Origin: Gemmatimonadales bacterium
GTDB lineage: Bacteria; Gemmatimonadota; Gemmatimonadetes; Gemmatimonadales; GWC2-71-9
Reading direction: 5' to 3'
Length of the DNA stretch: 64,000 nucleotides
Assembly (NCBI GenBank): GCA_041615815.1
Contig: JBFJCP010000013.1
Coordinates: 32,001-96,000 of the forward strand
Both the position numbers and the translations under genes were made by a program. Under the pieces are notes generated by a model. That model worked only from the letters and a program-made list of their open reading frames with translations. It was not told the DNA's origin and made no database searches. Each line of letters starts with the position of its first letter. The stretch's first letter is position 1. Of this stretch, positions 47,747-57,428 are shown one piece after another.

Positions 47747-47762
47747 TGCGACTAATATCACG
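47747..47762. promoter_or_regulatory. CRP/FNR-family-like box in a divergent promoter region
   Basis: TGCGA-ctaata-TCACG. Confidence 0.35.
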
Positions 47763-47803
47763 CCACGAACCTCACCACCGAACACCCATCGTTGGAGACG
47801 GGA

Positions 47804-50272
47804 ATGGCAGGTCAACGAAAGGACCCAGGCGCCGAGGCCTTCGAGAAGCTCGGCGCGTTCTATCTGGGACGCCGATACGATTTGGACGAGGGCGAGCTGA
47901 CACCGGACCTCGTGCTCTACGATTCCAAGGACCTCACAACTCACGGCGTCTGCGTTGGTATGACCGGGAGCGGCAAGACCGGCCTCTGCGTTTCGCTGCT
48001 CGAGGAAGCGGCCATCGACGGCGTTCCCGCAATCGCGATCGATCCCAAAGGTGACCTGGGGAATTTGCTGCTCACCTTCCCCAAACTGCGCGCCGAGGAT
48101 TTCCGCCCGTGGATCGACGAAGGCGAAGCGGCACGCAAGGGGACCACACCGGACGAGTATGCGCAGACGACCGCCGCACGGTGGAAGAACGGACTCCGCG
48201 ATTGGGGAGAGGATGGGAACCGCATCGAGCGGCTGCGGGATGCGGCGGACTTCGCCATCTACACGCCCGGAAGCAGCGCCGGCCTCCAGCTCAATCTCTT
48301 GCGATCCTTCTCGGCACCGCCGGCCGAGCTGGTACAAGACGCCGATGCCTTTCGCGAGCGTCTTACCACAGCGGTATCCGGCCTCCTCGCGCTCCTCGGC
48401 ATCGACGCCGATCCGCTGCAGAGCCGTGAGCACATCCTACTCTCGAACCTCTTCGATCACGCGTGGCGCGAGGGACGGGATCTGGATATCACGACATTGA
48501 TCCAGCAGGTGCAGGCACCACCGTTCGAGAGGATCGGTGTGATGGATCTGGAGTCGTTCTTTCCGTCGAAGGATCGGACATCGCTGGCGATGAACCTCAA
48601 CAACCTCCTCGCCTCTCCGGGATTCGCTGCCTGGATGGAGGGGGAGCCGCTCGACATCCCGCGCCTGCTCTGGACGCCGGAGGGGAAGCCCCGGGTCTCG
48701 ATCCTCTCGATCGCCCATCTGTCGGACGCGGAGCGCATGTTCTTCGTCACGCTGCTGCTCAACGAGGTCCTGGGGTGGATCCGAACCCAGTCCGGCACGT
48801 CGACACTGCGCGCCCTGTTGTACATGGACGAGGTGTTTGGCTTCTTCCCGCCGGTGGCCAATCCACCGTCCAAGACGCCCATGCTCACCCTCCTCAAGCA
48901 GGCGCGTGCGTACGGCCTGGGCGTGTTGCTCGCCACCCAGAATCCGGTGGACCTGGATTACAAGGGGCTCGCCAACGCCGGAACATGGTTCCTGGGACGT
49001 CTGCAGACGGAACGCGACAAGATGCGGGTGATCGAGGGTCTCGAAGGCGCTTCGGCCACGGCCGGCGCCACCTTCGACCGCAAGCGCACCGAGCAGATCC
49101 TCGCGGGCCTCAAGTCCCGCGTGTTCCTCATGAATAACGTCCATGAAGACGAACCTGTGCTGTTTCACACCCGTTGGGCCATGTCGTACCTGAGGGGACC
49201 GCTCACCAGAGTACAGATTCAAGACCTCATGGAAGAACGAAAAGGGGAGCCAGTCCAGATCTCCGAGGCTGGCACGGCCGCCGTTTCGGCGCCAAGACCC
49301 GCCAAGGCACCCAAAACCACCGAGGCTCGCCCGGTGGTCCCGCCGGACGTTCCCCAGTTCTTCGTTCCAGCCATTGCCGACACGCCCCCAGGCGCAAGAC
49401 TCGTCTATCGGCCTGGTCTCCTGGGAACCGCCGATCTCCATTTTGCGAACGCCAAGGCAAGCGTGGATGTATGGAAGAAAGTGTCGTGCCAGACGCTGCT
49501 GGGCTCACGGGATAGCGGCAACGTGTGGAGCAAAGCGGGACTACTGCCGGAGGGCGAGCCCAACCTCGACACGGAACCCACAGACGGCGCGGGGTTCGGT
49601 ACACTTCCCGCCGCGGCGAGCCGGAGCAAGAGCTACACGACGTGGGAGAAGGCGTTCAAGACACACCTCTATCAGAACCACACACTGACTCTGTGGACGT
49701 GTAAGCCGCTCAAGCTCACCTCCACACCGGACGAGAGTGAAGCCGAGTTTCGCGTACGGGTACGGGAAGCCGCCAGGGAGCATCGGGACACGAACGTTGA
49801 GAAGCTTCGGAAGCGCTACGGCCCCAAACTGGCGCGCTTGCAGGACCAGATCAAACGCGCGGAAGAGCGAGTGTCACGAGAAGCCTCGCAATACTCGCAA
49901 CAGAAAATGCAGACCGCGATCTCACTCGGCGCAACGGTTCTTGGCGCGATGTTCGGACGCAAGCTCGGCAGCGTGGGCACCGTGGGGCGGGCCACCACGA
50001 CCGCCCGTGGTGTCGGACGGACGGCTCGGGAGAAAGAGGACATCGCCCGAGCCCAGCAGCGGCTGAAGGACCTGCACCAAAAGTTGGCGGATCTCCAAGA
50101 AGAGTTCGAGGATGCGACGGAAGACTTGAAGGTCGAGTCCGATCCCGAACAGGTCGATATCAAAGAGGTTGCCGTTCGTCCACGGAAATCGGACATCAGC
50201 GTGAACCGTGTCGCGTTGGTGTGGCTGCCGTTCTCGGTGGGAGAAGATGGGATGGCGGTGGCAGGATGGTGA
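47804..50272 (+). CDS. FtsK/HerA-superfamily P-loop ATPase (DUF87/DUF853-like) with C-terminal coiled coil
   Basis: Walker A GMTGSGKT, IDPKGD, Walker B LYMDE, KQARAYG...LATQNP. Confidence 0.88.
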   Translation: MAGQRKDPGAEAFEKLGAFYLGRRYDLDEGELTPDLVLYDSKDLTTHGVCVGMTGSGKTGLCVSLLEEAAIDGVPAIAIDPKGDLGNLLLTFPKLRAEDFRPWIDEGEAARKGTTPDEYAQTTAARWKNGLRDWGEDGNRIERLRDAADFAIYTPGSSAGLQLNLLRSFSAPPAELVQDADAFRERLTTAVSGLLALLGIDADPLQSREHILLSNLFDHAWREGRDLDITTLIQQVQAPPFERIGVMDLESFFPSKDRTSLAMNLNNLLASPGFAAWMEGEPLDIPRLLWTPEGKPRVSILSIAHLSDAERMFFVTLLLNEVLGWIRTQSGTSTLRALLYMDEVFGFFPPVANPPSKTPMLTLLKQARAYGLGVLLATQNPVDLDYKGLANAGTWFLGRLQTERDKMRVIEGLEGASATAGATFDRKRTEQILAGLKSRVFLMNNVHEDEPVLFHTRWAMSYLRGPLTRVQIQDLMEERKGEPVQISEAGTAAVSAPRPAKAPKTTEARPVVPPDVPQFFVPAIADTPPGARLVYRPGLLGTADLHFANAKASVDVWKKVSCQTLLGSRDSGNVWSKAGLLPEGEPNLDTEPTDGAGFGTLPAAASRSKSYTTWEKAFKTHLYQNHTLTLWTCKPLKLTSTPDESEAEFRVRVREAAREHRDTNVEKLRKRYGPKLARLQDQIKRAEERVSREASQYSQQKMQTAISLGATVLGAMFGRKLGSVGTVGRATTTARGVGRTAREKEDIARAQQRLKDLHQKLADLQEEFEDATEDLKVESDPEQVDIKEVAVRPRKSDISVNRVALVWLPFSVGEDGMAVAGW

Positions 50273-50434
50273 GCTGGGGTTAGGGGTTAGCGACGACGGA
50301 GTCACGGTGACGGGGGCCGCAAGCAGTTGCGACGGGCGAGCGAAGGGATCGAGGGTACGGGCGCTGTCACGGATCGGCCAACACATCAGCGCCAAGTCCC
50401 TAAACCCCTACTATTCTCGCCTTTGACCGCCGAC

Positions 50435-51646
50435 CTAATCCAACGACATTGCGGCCACTCGCACTCCGCCGCGCTCTCCCGGCACCGTCCACGCGATCAC
50501 GATCTCGTCTCCCGCCCGAACCATTCGGGGGAATCCGGCTGCTCGGCCGTCCTCGGTCAACGCCACGACCCAGGAGGTTCCTGTCGGTCCGTCGCGATGC
50601 ACCATGCGCGCGCGCACTTGCCCGACCCCGCCGGAGACAGCCAGCCAACTCACGAGCGCGGCTTCCGCACTCACCCAGACCACGTCCACCCGTCCCCGGG
50701 GGGTGCCCTCGTCGTCCACGCGCATCGGCTGCCCGAAGGATGCCCCGCCGTCATTCGAGAACGCGACGCGGACCTTGGCCGAGTCGTTGGGTGAAGTAAA
50801 CCAGGCGATGACGACGGAATCCCCAAGGGCGTCGAGCTGGGGACCGTTCACGGGACAGCCGGGGAAGTGCCATCGATCGTCACCCACGATCATCGGTACC
50901 GTCCAACGGCCGTTCACGTACCGCACGACTGCCACGTCGCGAATCTCATCGGTGGATCGGTCTCGGTAGGCTGCAAGCAGACCGTTGCTGGTTTTGACCA
51001 TCGACGTCGTGCAGCACTCGCACGTACGATCGTCGAGCAACACGTCTGGTAACGGGATCCCGTCCGCTCCCAACATCGTCGCTCGAACGGTCATCGCGCC
51101 CGGCGGCGCCTCGTGGGTCGTGGCGTCATAGCCGTCCATGGCCCGTCCATCCAGCCAGATGAGCGCCGCGCCACCGGACCAGGGAGCCATGGATACGAAT
51201 CCGTGTTCGGTGGGCGAGCGATCCCCGTGCGGCACCACTGGGTCACTCCAGCTAGCCCCGCCGTCCAGCGAGCGCACGAGCTTCACGTGATACGCATATG
51301 GACTTTCGGCCGTCTTCTCGAGCCAATGCACCACCCACGATCCGTCCTCGAGTTCGGTGATGGAGGGGAAGTCCGCCCAGTTCACGAAGAAGGGCCGTCC
51401 TTCAACCACCGTTCGTGGCGGCGACCACCCGCCTCGTTCTCGCGTGGCGACCCGCAGAGCATGGCTAGTGTCGCCAACTCGCTCGAACCAGGACATGAGC
51501 ACGCGACCATCGGCCGTGGCGAACAAGTTTGGCTCGCCACTCCCTGCTGGTCCGGAGAACTCGACGGTGACCTGGGGCGCACCGCCGCAGGCTGCAACCA
51601 CGGAACAGGCCGCGACGACGATTGATCGTTGGAGTGCGTTCGACAT
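50435..51646 (-). CDS. BNR/sialidase-fold lipoprotein
   Basis: Lipobox VAAC; FFVNWADFP, SLDGGASW, TCECC, GCPVNGP and SNDGGASF motifs. Confidence 0.85.
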   Translation of the reverse strand: MSNALQRSIVVAACSVVAACGGAPQVTVEFSGPAGSGEPNLFATADGRVLMSWFERVGDTSHALRVATRERGGWSPPRTVVEGRPFFVNWADFPSITELEDGSWVVHWLEKTAESPYAYHVKLVRSLDGGASWSDPVVPHGDRSPTEHGFVSMAPWSGGAALIWLDGRAMDGYDATTHEAPPGAMTVRATMLGADGIPLPDVLLDDRTCECCTTSMVKTSNGLLAAYRDRSTDEIRDVAVVRYVNGRWTVPMIVGDDRWHFPGCPVNGPQLDALGDSVVIAWFTSPNDSAKVRVAFSNDGGASFGQPMRVDDEGTPRGRVDVVWVSAEAALVSWLAVSGGVGQVRARMVHRDGPTGTSWVVALTEDGRAAGFPRMVRAGDEIVIAWTVPGERGGVRVAAMSLD

Positions 51647-51874
51647 GGGATGCCACTCGGTGTTGGACGAATTGTAAGGGAAACAGCTGGGAAACGTGCG
51701 GGAAGTCAAGGAGAGCACTTCAGCGATTCCGGCGGTCCGTGGCGAAAGGCACTTCTGCCACTCCTGCCGCCTGTTGTCACTTCTTCCGCTTCTGCCCATC
51801 CCTTACTCAGTTGCGCGCGTACGGTTCCCTCGCCACCCTTTACATCTCAATCACCTTTCTGATCAGGAGCCTTC

Positions 51875-52426
51875 ATGACTCGACTCGCCCTCGCGGCAGT
51901 ACTGGTGCTCGCCCATCCTGCCACGGTGCTCGCGCAACAGACGAGCCCCACGGGCGGTGAGGTTCCGCCGGCCAAGGCATCGGACGTCCAATCCGTGGAT
52001 GCCATCATCGCGGCGCTGTACGATGTCATCTCTGGACCCGCGGGCGAAAAACGTGATTGGGACCGGTTTCGCTCCCTGCACTTGCCCGAGGCGCGTCTCA
52101 TCCCAACCGGCTTCCCTCAAGGAAGCGATCGTGCGCGCGCGCGTGTGATGACCGTCAATGACTACGTCACCAACAGCGGTCCGTTTCTCGAGGAGCGGGG
52201 CTTCTTCGAGGTCGAGGTGGGTCGTGTCACCGAGCGGTTCGAGAACATCGTCCATGCTTTTTCGACCTACGAGTCGCGCTGGAACCCGGACGACGCTGAT
52301 CCCTTTCAGCGCGGTATCAACAGCATCCAGCTGATGTGGGATGGCGAGCGATGGTGGATCACGAATATCATGTGGCGCGGGGTGGGGCCGGAGTTCGAGA
52401 TTCCGGGGAAGTATTTCAAGAAGTAG
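51875..52426 (+). CDS. secreted NTF2-like hypothetical protein
   Basis: Signal peptide; YDVISGPAG, RDWDRF, FSTYES, RGINSIQL and RWWI motifs. Confidence 0.85.
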   Translation: MTRLALAAVLVLAHPATVLAQQTSPTGGEVPPAKASDVQSVDAIIAALYDVISGPAGEKRDWDRFRSLHLPEARLIPTGFPQGSDRARARVMTVNDYVTNSGPFLEERGFFEVEVGRVTERFENIVHAFSTYESRWNPDDADPFQRGINSIQLMWDGERWWITNIMWRGVGPEFEIPGKYFKK

Positions 52427-52513
52427 GCGGGATCGGCGGGATCGGCAGGATGCGTGACATGGATGGCGTGGCCGACGTTTCCCCTGGTGTCCACCCATCC
52501 CGCCTATCCCACC
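52426..52513. repeat. degenerate 9-nt periodic repeat, two inverted arms
   Basis: GGCGGGATC GGCGGGATC GGCAGGATG ... CATCCCGCC TATCCCACC, between convergent genes. Confidence 0.7.
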
Positions 52514-52517
52514 TCCT

Positions 52518-53141
52518 CTAAAACCCCACTTCCAGCCCGAACCGTGCCGTGGTCACTTGAATTGGCACGTCGTTGCGGCGTACCTGCCGATCGAAGCGCT
52601 GAAACTCGTACTCGCCCAGGACCCGAATGCGACCGTTGGCGGTGCCGATGGCGGTCCCGAGACTCAGCTCCACGGAGAGGCCGGCGGTACCGCCGCCGCT
52701 GAACTGCGGTGCCAGGAGATAGGCTCCCCGAGCCCACACGGTCGCGATCTGGGCGAGCGGATACTCGGTGAGGATCCCGATACGAACGAGCCCCACCTCT
52801 TGGGACGAGAAATCCGGATCGATCCACCGCCGGCCAGCTCCCACCTCCAAGGCGATCGACCGTGCCACCAGCACACTCGCGCGCCCATCCACTTGCACGA
52901 CATCGAAGGATGCCGCATCGGCGCGGTCGGGATCGAGCTGGGCGTAGTATCCGCGGGCCTCGAAACCGATGCGGCCAAACCGCACGGCGACCAGCCCACC
53001 GGCCCCGAGGCCGTTGGCACTCAGTTGATCGGTAATCTCGTTGTGGGTGACCGCCACACCGTGGACCCCAATTCGCACGGTCTGCGCCTCGACCGTCGCG
53101 GTCACCACAAGGGCGGCCAATCCAACCAGCGCGACCCTCAT
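52518..53141 (-). CDS. putative outer-membrane beta-barrel protein
   Basis: Signal peptide ending VEA-Q; alternating strands; C-terminal FGLEVGF; ATGA overlap. Confidence 0.75.
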   Translation of the reverse strand: MRVALVGLAALVVTATVEAQTVRIGVHGVAVTHNEITDQLSANGLGAGGLVAVRFGRIGFEARGYYAQLDPDRADAASFDVVQVDGRASVLVARSIALEVGAGRRWIDPDFSSQEVGLVRIGILTEYPLAQIATVWARGAYLLAPQFSGGGTAGLSVELSLGTAIGTANGRIRVLGEYEFQRFDRQVRRNDVPIQVTTARFGLEVGF

Positions 53142-54160
53142 GACCCTCCCGGGGTGGCTGGTGTGACAGTGAGGGTAATCTGTCGGCGCCTCAGCGCGTT
53201 TTGTCTCGCGATCTCGACGTTCTGCTGGGCGACTTGCTCCCGCAACAATTGATTGAACAGGATGTTGGCGGGGACCGGACGCGGGTCCGGTTTCCGTACG
53301 CTCATCACGAGGCCGGTGATGAGGGCTCCTGCGCTCACGCTGACGATGACCGGTCGCACCCCACCGCCCAGTGCCCGATCCTCCAACGCGAGGGTGGCGG
53401 CGCTCGTCAGTCCGGCATACAGCGCCGCGATGCCGAGGGGCCGAAAGTCTCGGGGTGGAGACACCATCTCCGGAAGCTCGGTGTAGCCCTCGAGACTCGT
53501 CACATGCGGCATCGTATCCACTGGCGAGTGCGCGACGAGAATCGGTTCGGTGGCGGAGAACTCGTTTCGCCCTTCGATCGCGGTGACGATCACCTGGTAA
53601 CTGCCAGCCGCCGCCGGCCCGCCGTCCGGGGCGAGGGCGCGCCACCGAATCTGCGTGGGACCCGCGACCAGCTGGGAGTCGACGACGGCATCGAAGTCCG
53701 GTCCCACGATGCGCGTGATGGCCCGTCCCGGACGCGTGAGCTCGAAGCTGATGGGAACGCTGCCGTCCCCGGCCACGAACGCCGCCGAATCGACCGTCAG
53801 ACGTCGCACGACTAGCACGCGGCCGAGCGCCTCGCGATACAGACTGGCAATCGTGGGGGAAACCCGCTCGATGTCCGGTTCCCAGTCCGGTTCCAGAAAA
53901 ATCAGATCGCGAAAGGTATCGCGCGCTTGTTGCGAGGAGTCGAGCACGCCGTAAGAAAAGGCTAGGACTTCATACGCCGCAATGCGGTCCTTGGTGCTCA
54001 GTCGCTCCTGGAGGGCCCGACGCGCAGCGGCGATGGCGCCCGGAAAGTCGAGCGCATCGTAGGAGTTCTTCGCGCGCGCGACAGCCGGATTCTCAGCCTC
54101 CTGCGCTCCAAGGGACGCCAGCGGGCACACCACCAAGACGAGCGCGAGGAGTTTCCGCAT
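53138..54160 (-). CDS. secreted protein with N-terminal TPR-like helices, FlgD-Ig-like middle and hydrophobic C-terminal hairpin
   Basis: Signal peptide; YDALDF...A...F..L..LEPD...SP; WRALAPDGGPAAAGSYQVIVTA; TGATG overlap. Confidence 0.7.
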   Translation of the reverse strand: MRKLLALVLVVCPLASLGAQEAENPAVARAKNSYDALDFPGAIAAARRALQERLSTKDRIAAYEVLAFSYGVLDSSQQARDTFRDLIFLEPDWEPDIERVSPTIASLYREALGRVLVVRRLTVDSAAFVAGDGSVPISFELTRPGRAITRIVGPDFDAVVDSQLVAGPTQIRWRALAPDGGPAAAGSYQVIVTAIEGRNEFSATEPILVAHSPVDTMPHVTSLEGYTELPEMVSPPRDFRPLGIAALYAGLTSAATLALEDRALGGGVRPVIVSVSAGALITGLVMSVRKPDPRPVPANILFNQLLREQVAQQNVEIARQNALRRRQITLTVTPATPGGS

Positions 54161-55788
54161 CACTGCTGTGACTCCCGAATGAGCGCGCGACGGAGCGTAG
54201 TGGTACTCCCAGGATTCACGACCACCGTGGCAGTGATCGGGACGTACCCTTCACGGCGGATGGTGACCTCGTGGGAGCCGATGGGAAGCTCATGCTGGAA
54301 CACCGGCGTATCACCGATCTCGACACCGTCCACGAAGACTGTCGCGAAGCTCTGCTCGCCGTTCTCTGTGACCCCCACCGTGAGGAATCCGATGCGCGGA
54401 GTTGCCGGCGGCGAGGGCGTCTGTGCCGGACTCGATACCGGTCGTTGGACCGGGCGTGCTGGCTCTTGGCGTGGTGGTGGCGATGACGCAGGCTCGGTGA
54501 CCGGTTGCGCAGCCATCGTATTGGCCGTATCCGACATGGCAACCGTCGCCGAGTCGACCGTGTCGATCGCCGAGCCGCCGAGCGTTGAGTCAGGCGTATC
54601 GATCATGGCCGTCTGGGTTGGCTGGGTGTTGGGCCCTTCGGTCCCACGCAACAAGTTCAGGGGATCATCCAGCAACAACGTGGCACCGGCGACTCCGCCA
54701 CCAGCCACGACCAAGAGGGTCCCGAGGACCGCCGCCACCTTCAGTCCACGGCGCTTCGGTTCCTGCGGAGACGGCGACGTGATCTCGGTGGCGGCGTCGA
54801 GCGACGTCCGGGGGAACGAACCGCCAGAGACCGAGTAACTCCGCACGGGATGCTCTGGCCATACCGCGGTGGCGAACTCCTCCATCGTAGCAAATCGATC
54901 GTCGATATCCTTCACCAACGCACGAGCGATCGCCTCTCGCACGAACTCGGGCGCGTCGGGCCGGAACATCGCGAGTGGCGGTGGCATCTCGAAGATGTGC
55001 TTGTAGATGACGGTATGGACCGAGTCGTCCATGAACGGGAGCCGGCCAGCCAACATCCGATACGCCACCACACCCAACGAGTACTGGTCGGTTCGCCCAT
55101 CAACGGGAATCCCCTTGGCCTGCTCGGGACTCATGTAGTGCGGCGTGCCGATCACCTGTCCGGTGGTGGTGAACCCGTGAGCGGATTCCAGCGCCTTGGA
55201 AATACCGAAGTCCGTCACCATGGCGCGACCGTGATCATCGATCATGATGTTGGCCGGCTTCACATCGCGGTGCACGACCCCCCGCTGGTGCGCGTGTCCC
55301 AGCGCGCAGGCGGACTCCCAGAGAATCCGTTGGGCGAGGTCCACCGGGAGGGGACCGGACTGCAGGAGCTGATCGAGCGTGCGACCGGTCACGTACTTCA
55401 TGACGAAGTAGTTGATCTCGTCACTGCTCTCGACGGCGTAGATCGGGATGATGTGCGGATGGTCCAGCTTGGCTGCCGTTCGGGCCTCGTGCTCGAATCG
55501 CTGATAGAACTTCTTGTCTTCGGACAGGTCCGGGGGGAGCACCTTGATCGCCACCGGTCTGTCCAACGACAGATCCGTGGCAAGAAAGACCGCGCCCATG
55601 CCACCTCGTCCCAACAGTTCTTTCACCTCGTAGTGCCCCTTGGTCGACGCCTGCAGCCGGATCATGAGATCCGCCGACGACCCGAGACTCACCCGTGGGC
55701 TCGAACCCGGATCCTCGGTGTCCGCGCCACAGGTCGGGCAGAACCGGCTGCCCTGGGGCATCAGCGACTGGCAGTGAATGCAGTTCAC
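54160..55788 (-). CDS. Ser/Thr protein kinase with N-terminal zinc ribbon, TM helix and C-terminal PEGA domain
   Basis: CIHC...FCPTCG; GRGGMGAV, HRDVKPAN, DFG, SPE; ATVFVDGVEIGDTP...GSHEVTIRREGY. Confidence 0.93.
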   Translation of the reverse strand: MNCIHCQSLMPQGSRFCPTCGADTEDPGSSPRVSLGSSADLMIRLQASTKGHYEVKELLGRGGMGAVFLATDLSLDRPVAIKVLPPDLSEDKKFYQRFEHEARTAAKLDHPHIIPIYAVESSDEINYFVMKYVTGRTLDQLLQSGPLPVDLAQRILWESACALGHAHQRGVVHRDVKPANIMIDDHGRAMVTDFGISKALESAHGFTTTGQVIGTPHYMSPEQAKGIPVDGRTDQYSLGVVAYRMLAGRLPFMDDSVHTVIYKHIFEMPPPLAMFRPDAPEFVREAIARALVKDIDDRFATMEEFATAVWPEHPVRSYSVSGGSFPRTSLDAATEITSPSPQEPKRRGLKVAAVLGTLLVVAGGGVAGATLLLDDPLNLLRGTEGPNTQPTQTAMIDTPDSTLGGSAIDTVDSATVAMSDTANTMAAQPVTEPASSPPPRQEPARPVQRPVSSPAQTPSPPATPRIGFLTVGVTENGEQSFATVFVDGVEIGDTPVFQHELPIGSHEVTIRREGYVPITATVVVNPGSTTTLRRALIRESQQ

Positions 55789-57428
55789 GGCCGCCACGAT
55801 CGAATCGCCTCCGGGAGGGCTCGCCCGGGTGTGGCCATCGTCTTCGCTGCCTCGCGTTTGGCTCGGAGTTGTTGGAGATCGGCCGCACTGAGCACCGCCG
55901 GGGTAGGGATAGCTCCGGCGGGCGGCGCGGTGAACGTGGTATTCATCGTGTATCCCACGGGTACACCGGCAAAATCGAATACAACCAAGAAATAGTCACC
56001 CGGACCCAGAAACTGCGTGATGCTTTCGCTGGGACCGGCATTTGTTTCGGCGTTGACGAGCACGAGGGAATCGGGCCGGAAATCGGCAATCAGGTACAGA
56101 TCCAGATCGGCTTCGGCCGTGCCGTCTGTCGTGGCGGTCACATCGAAAACTTGCCCACCCCCCGGAACGGTAAACCGATACCAGTCGATATCGTGCGGAT
56201 TGTCGATCGTGAGCGAGACGTTGCCCAGCGGGATGTTGCCTGCCACGTCACAGTAGTCGTTTTCCTCTTCACTGTCGCGAGCAAGCCCAGCGAGAGAAGC
56301 ATACGCCGGGAAGATCAGGAGCTCGTAGGAAGCCGCGTCGCCCTGCGGGACGTACGGGATGAAGATATGGTACGTGCCCGCAGGAAGATCGCCCAGCGCG
56401 ACAAGGGTGAAGGGGAACGGAATCTCGGCGAAGGCGACGGGCTCACCACCAGCGGCCGCCGATCTCACCTGCAGACCGTCGCACTGGTATGTCTCGCGTC
56501 CGATGGTCCAGGCCGAGCTCCCGAACGCAAAGTCGAACGTCGTCCCATCCCATGCGATGGAGTCCGTGAGAAGCGTGATGAAGGTCTCTGCGCCCACCAT
56601 CTCCGAGAAGACGAGGATGGTCCGATCGGCGGTTTGCGTATTGGTGAACGTGTACCAGTCGACGGCCGCCTCCGTCTCCGTCCGGGCGCGAGACTCGAAG
56701 GCCAATCCAGGATTGCGAAAGCCCAGGGGGACGGGTCCGAGGCTAGCCGGGATGGTGTCGTTGAATTCGAAGAGATCCCGCTGAATGACGTTGATCGTAT
56801 CCGGAAAGAGCAACCCACCGTTGAAGCCGAGGACGAACAGTTGTGACTTTGGTGTCGCGGGTGGTGGCGCCCACACGAAGAGCCGGCCCAGACCGTTGCG
56901 TCTCGCGGGATCGACGGGAACGTACTCGAAGATCTCTGCTTCCACGCCCCCAATTTGGACCACAAACAGCGACTCGGGACTCAAGCCAACACCAGAGATC
57001 TCCAGCAGATCGCCGAACCAAGCGTTGCCAGGTGCCCGAAGGGCGTTCAGGTTCCGGATGCTATCGATCTCCAGGACCCCACGCACCTGCGCCACCTGCA
57101 TCGCGGGTGGCGCATTGTCGTATCCGATGGCGCGTGCCACCACGTTCGCCGTGCCGACGCCGACCGCGAGCAGCCGGCCCCCCTGCGTGACGCTCACGAC
57201 CGCGGCGTTGTCGGATTCGTAACGGATGACCGCGTTGCGCACTTCTCCACCACCCGCTTCCATCAGCCGCGCGCGCAGTTGGAGAGTGTCCTGGATGAAC
57301 AGGTTTGGGAGGGCCACCATCTCGACGCGGAGCTCATCTGACCGATCGGTAGGTAACAGACAACCTGCCGCTCCCGAGACTGTGAGAGCGGCGAGTAGAG
57401 TTCCCCGACGCGCCAATCCGTGCAACAT
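55785..57428 (-). CDS. multi-domain lipoprotein (Ig-like plus PPC-like beta-sandwich domains)
   Basis: Lipobox AAGC; YESDNAAVVSV; two DWY.F motifs; DLDLYL...GDYFLVV. Confidence 0.8.
   Translation of the reverse strand: MLHGLARRGTLLAALTVSGAAGCLLPTDRSDELRVEMVALPNLFIQDTLQLRARLMEAGGGEVRNAVIRYESDNAAVVSVTQGGRLLAVGVGTANVVARAIGYDNAPPAMQVAQVRGVLEIDSIRNLNALRAPGNAWFGDLLEISGVGLSPESLFVVQIGGVEAEIFEYVPVDPARRNGLGRLFVWAPPPATPKSQLFVLGFNGGLLFPDTINVIQRDLFEFNDTIPASLGPVPLGFRNPGLAFESRARTETEAAVDWYTFTNTQTADRTILVFSEMVGAETFITLLTDSIAWDGTTFDFAFGSSAWTIGRETYQCDGLQVRSAAAGGEPVAFAEIPFPFTLVALGDLPAGTYHIFIPYVPQGDAASYELLIFPAYASLAGLARDSEEENDYCDVAGNIPLGNVSLTIDNPHDIDWYRFTVPGGGQVFDVTATTDGTAEADLDLYLIADFRPDSLVLVNAETNAGPSESITQFLGPGDYFLVVFDFAGVPVGYTMNTTFTAPPAGAIPTPAVLSAADLQQLRAKREAAKTMATPGRALPEAIRSWRP

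Noticed and set aside
47804..50272. Anti-phage HerA system or conjugative VirB4/VirD4
   Set aside because: No partner effector, T4SS gene, integrase or compositional shift nearby
53142..53645. N-terminal extension of the 375-aa ORF
   Set aside because: Overlaps the TPR gene in another frame; ATGA coupling and the signal peptide place the start at 53141
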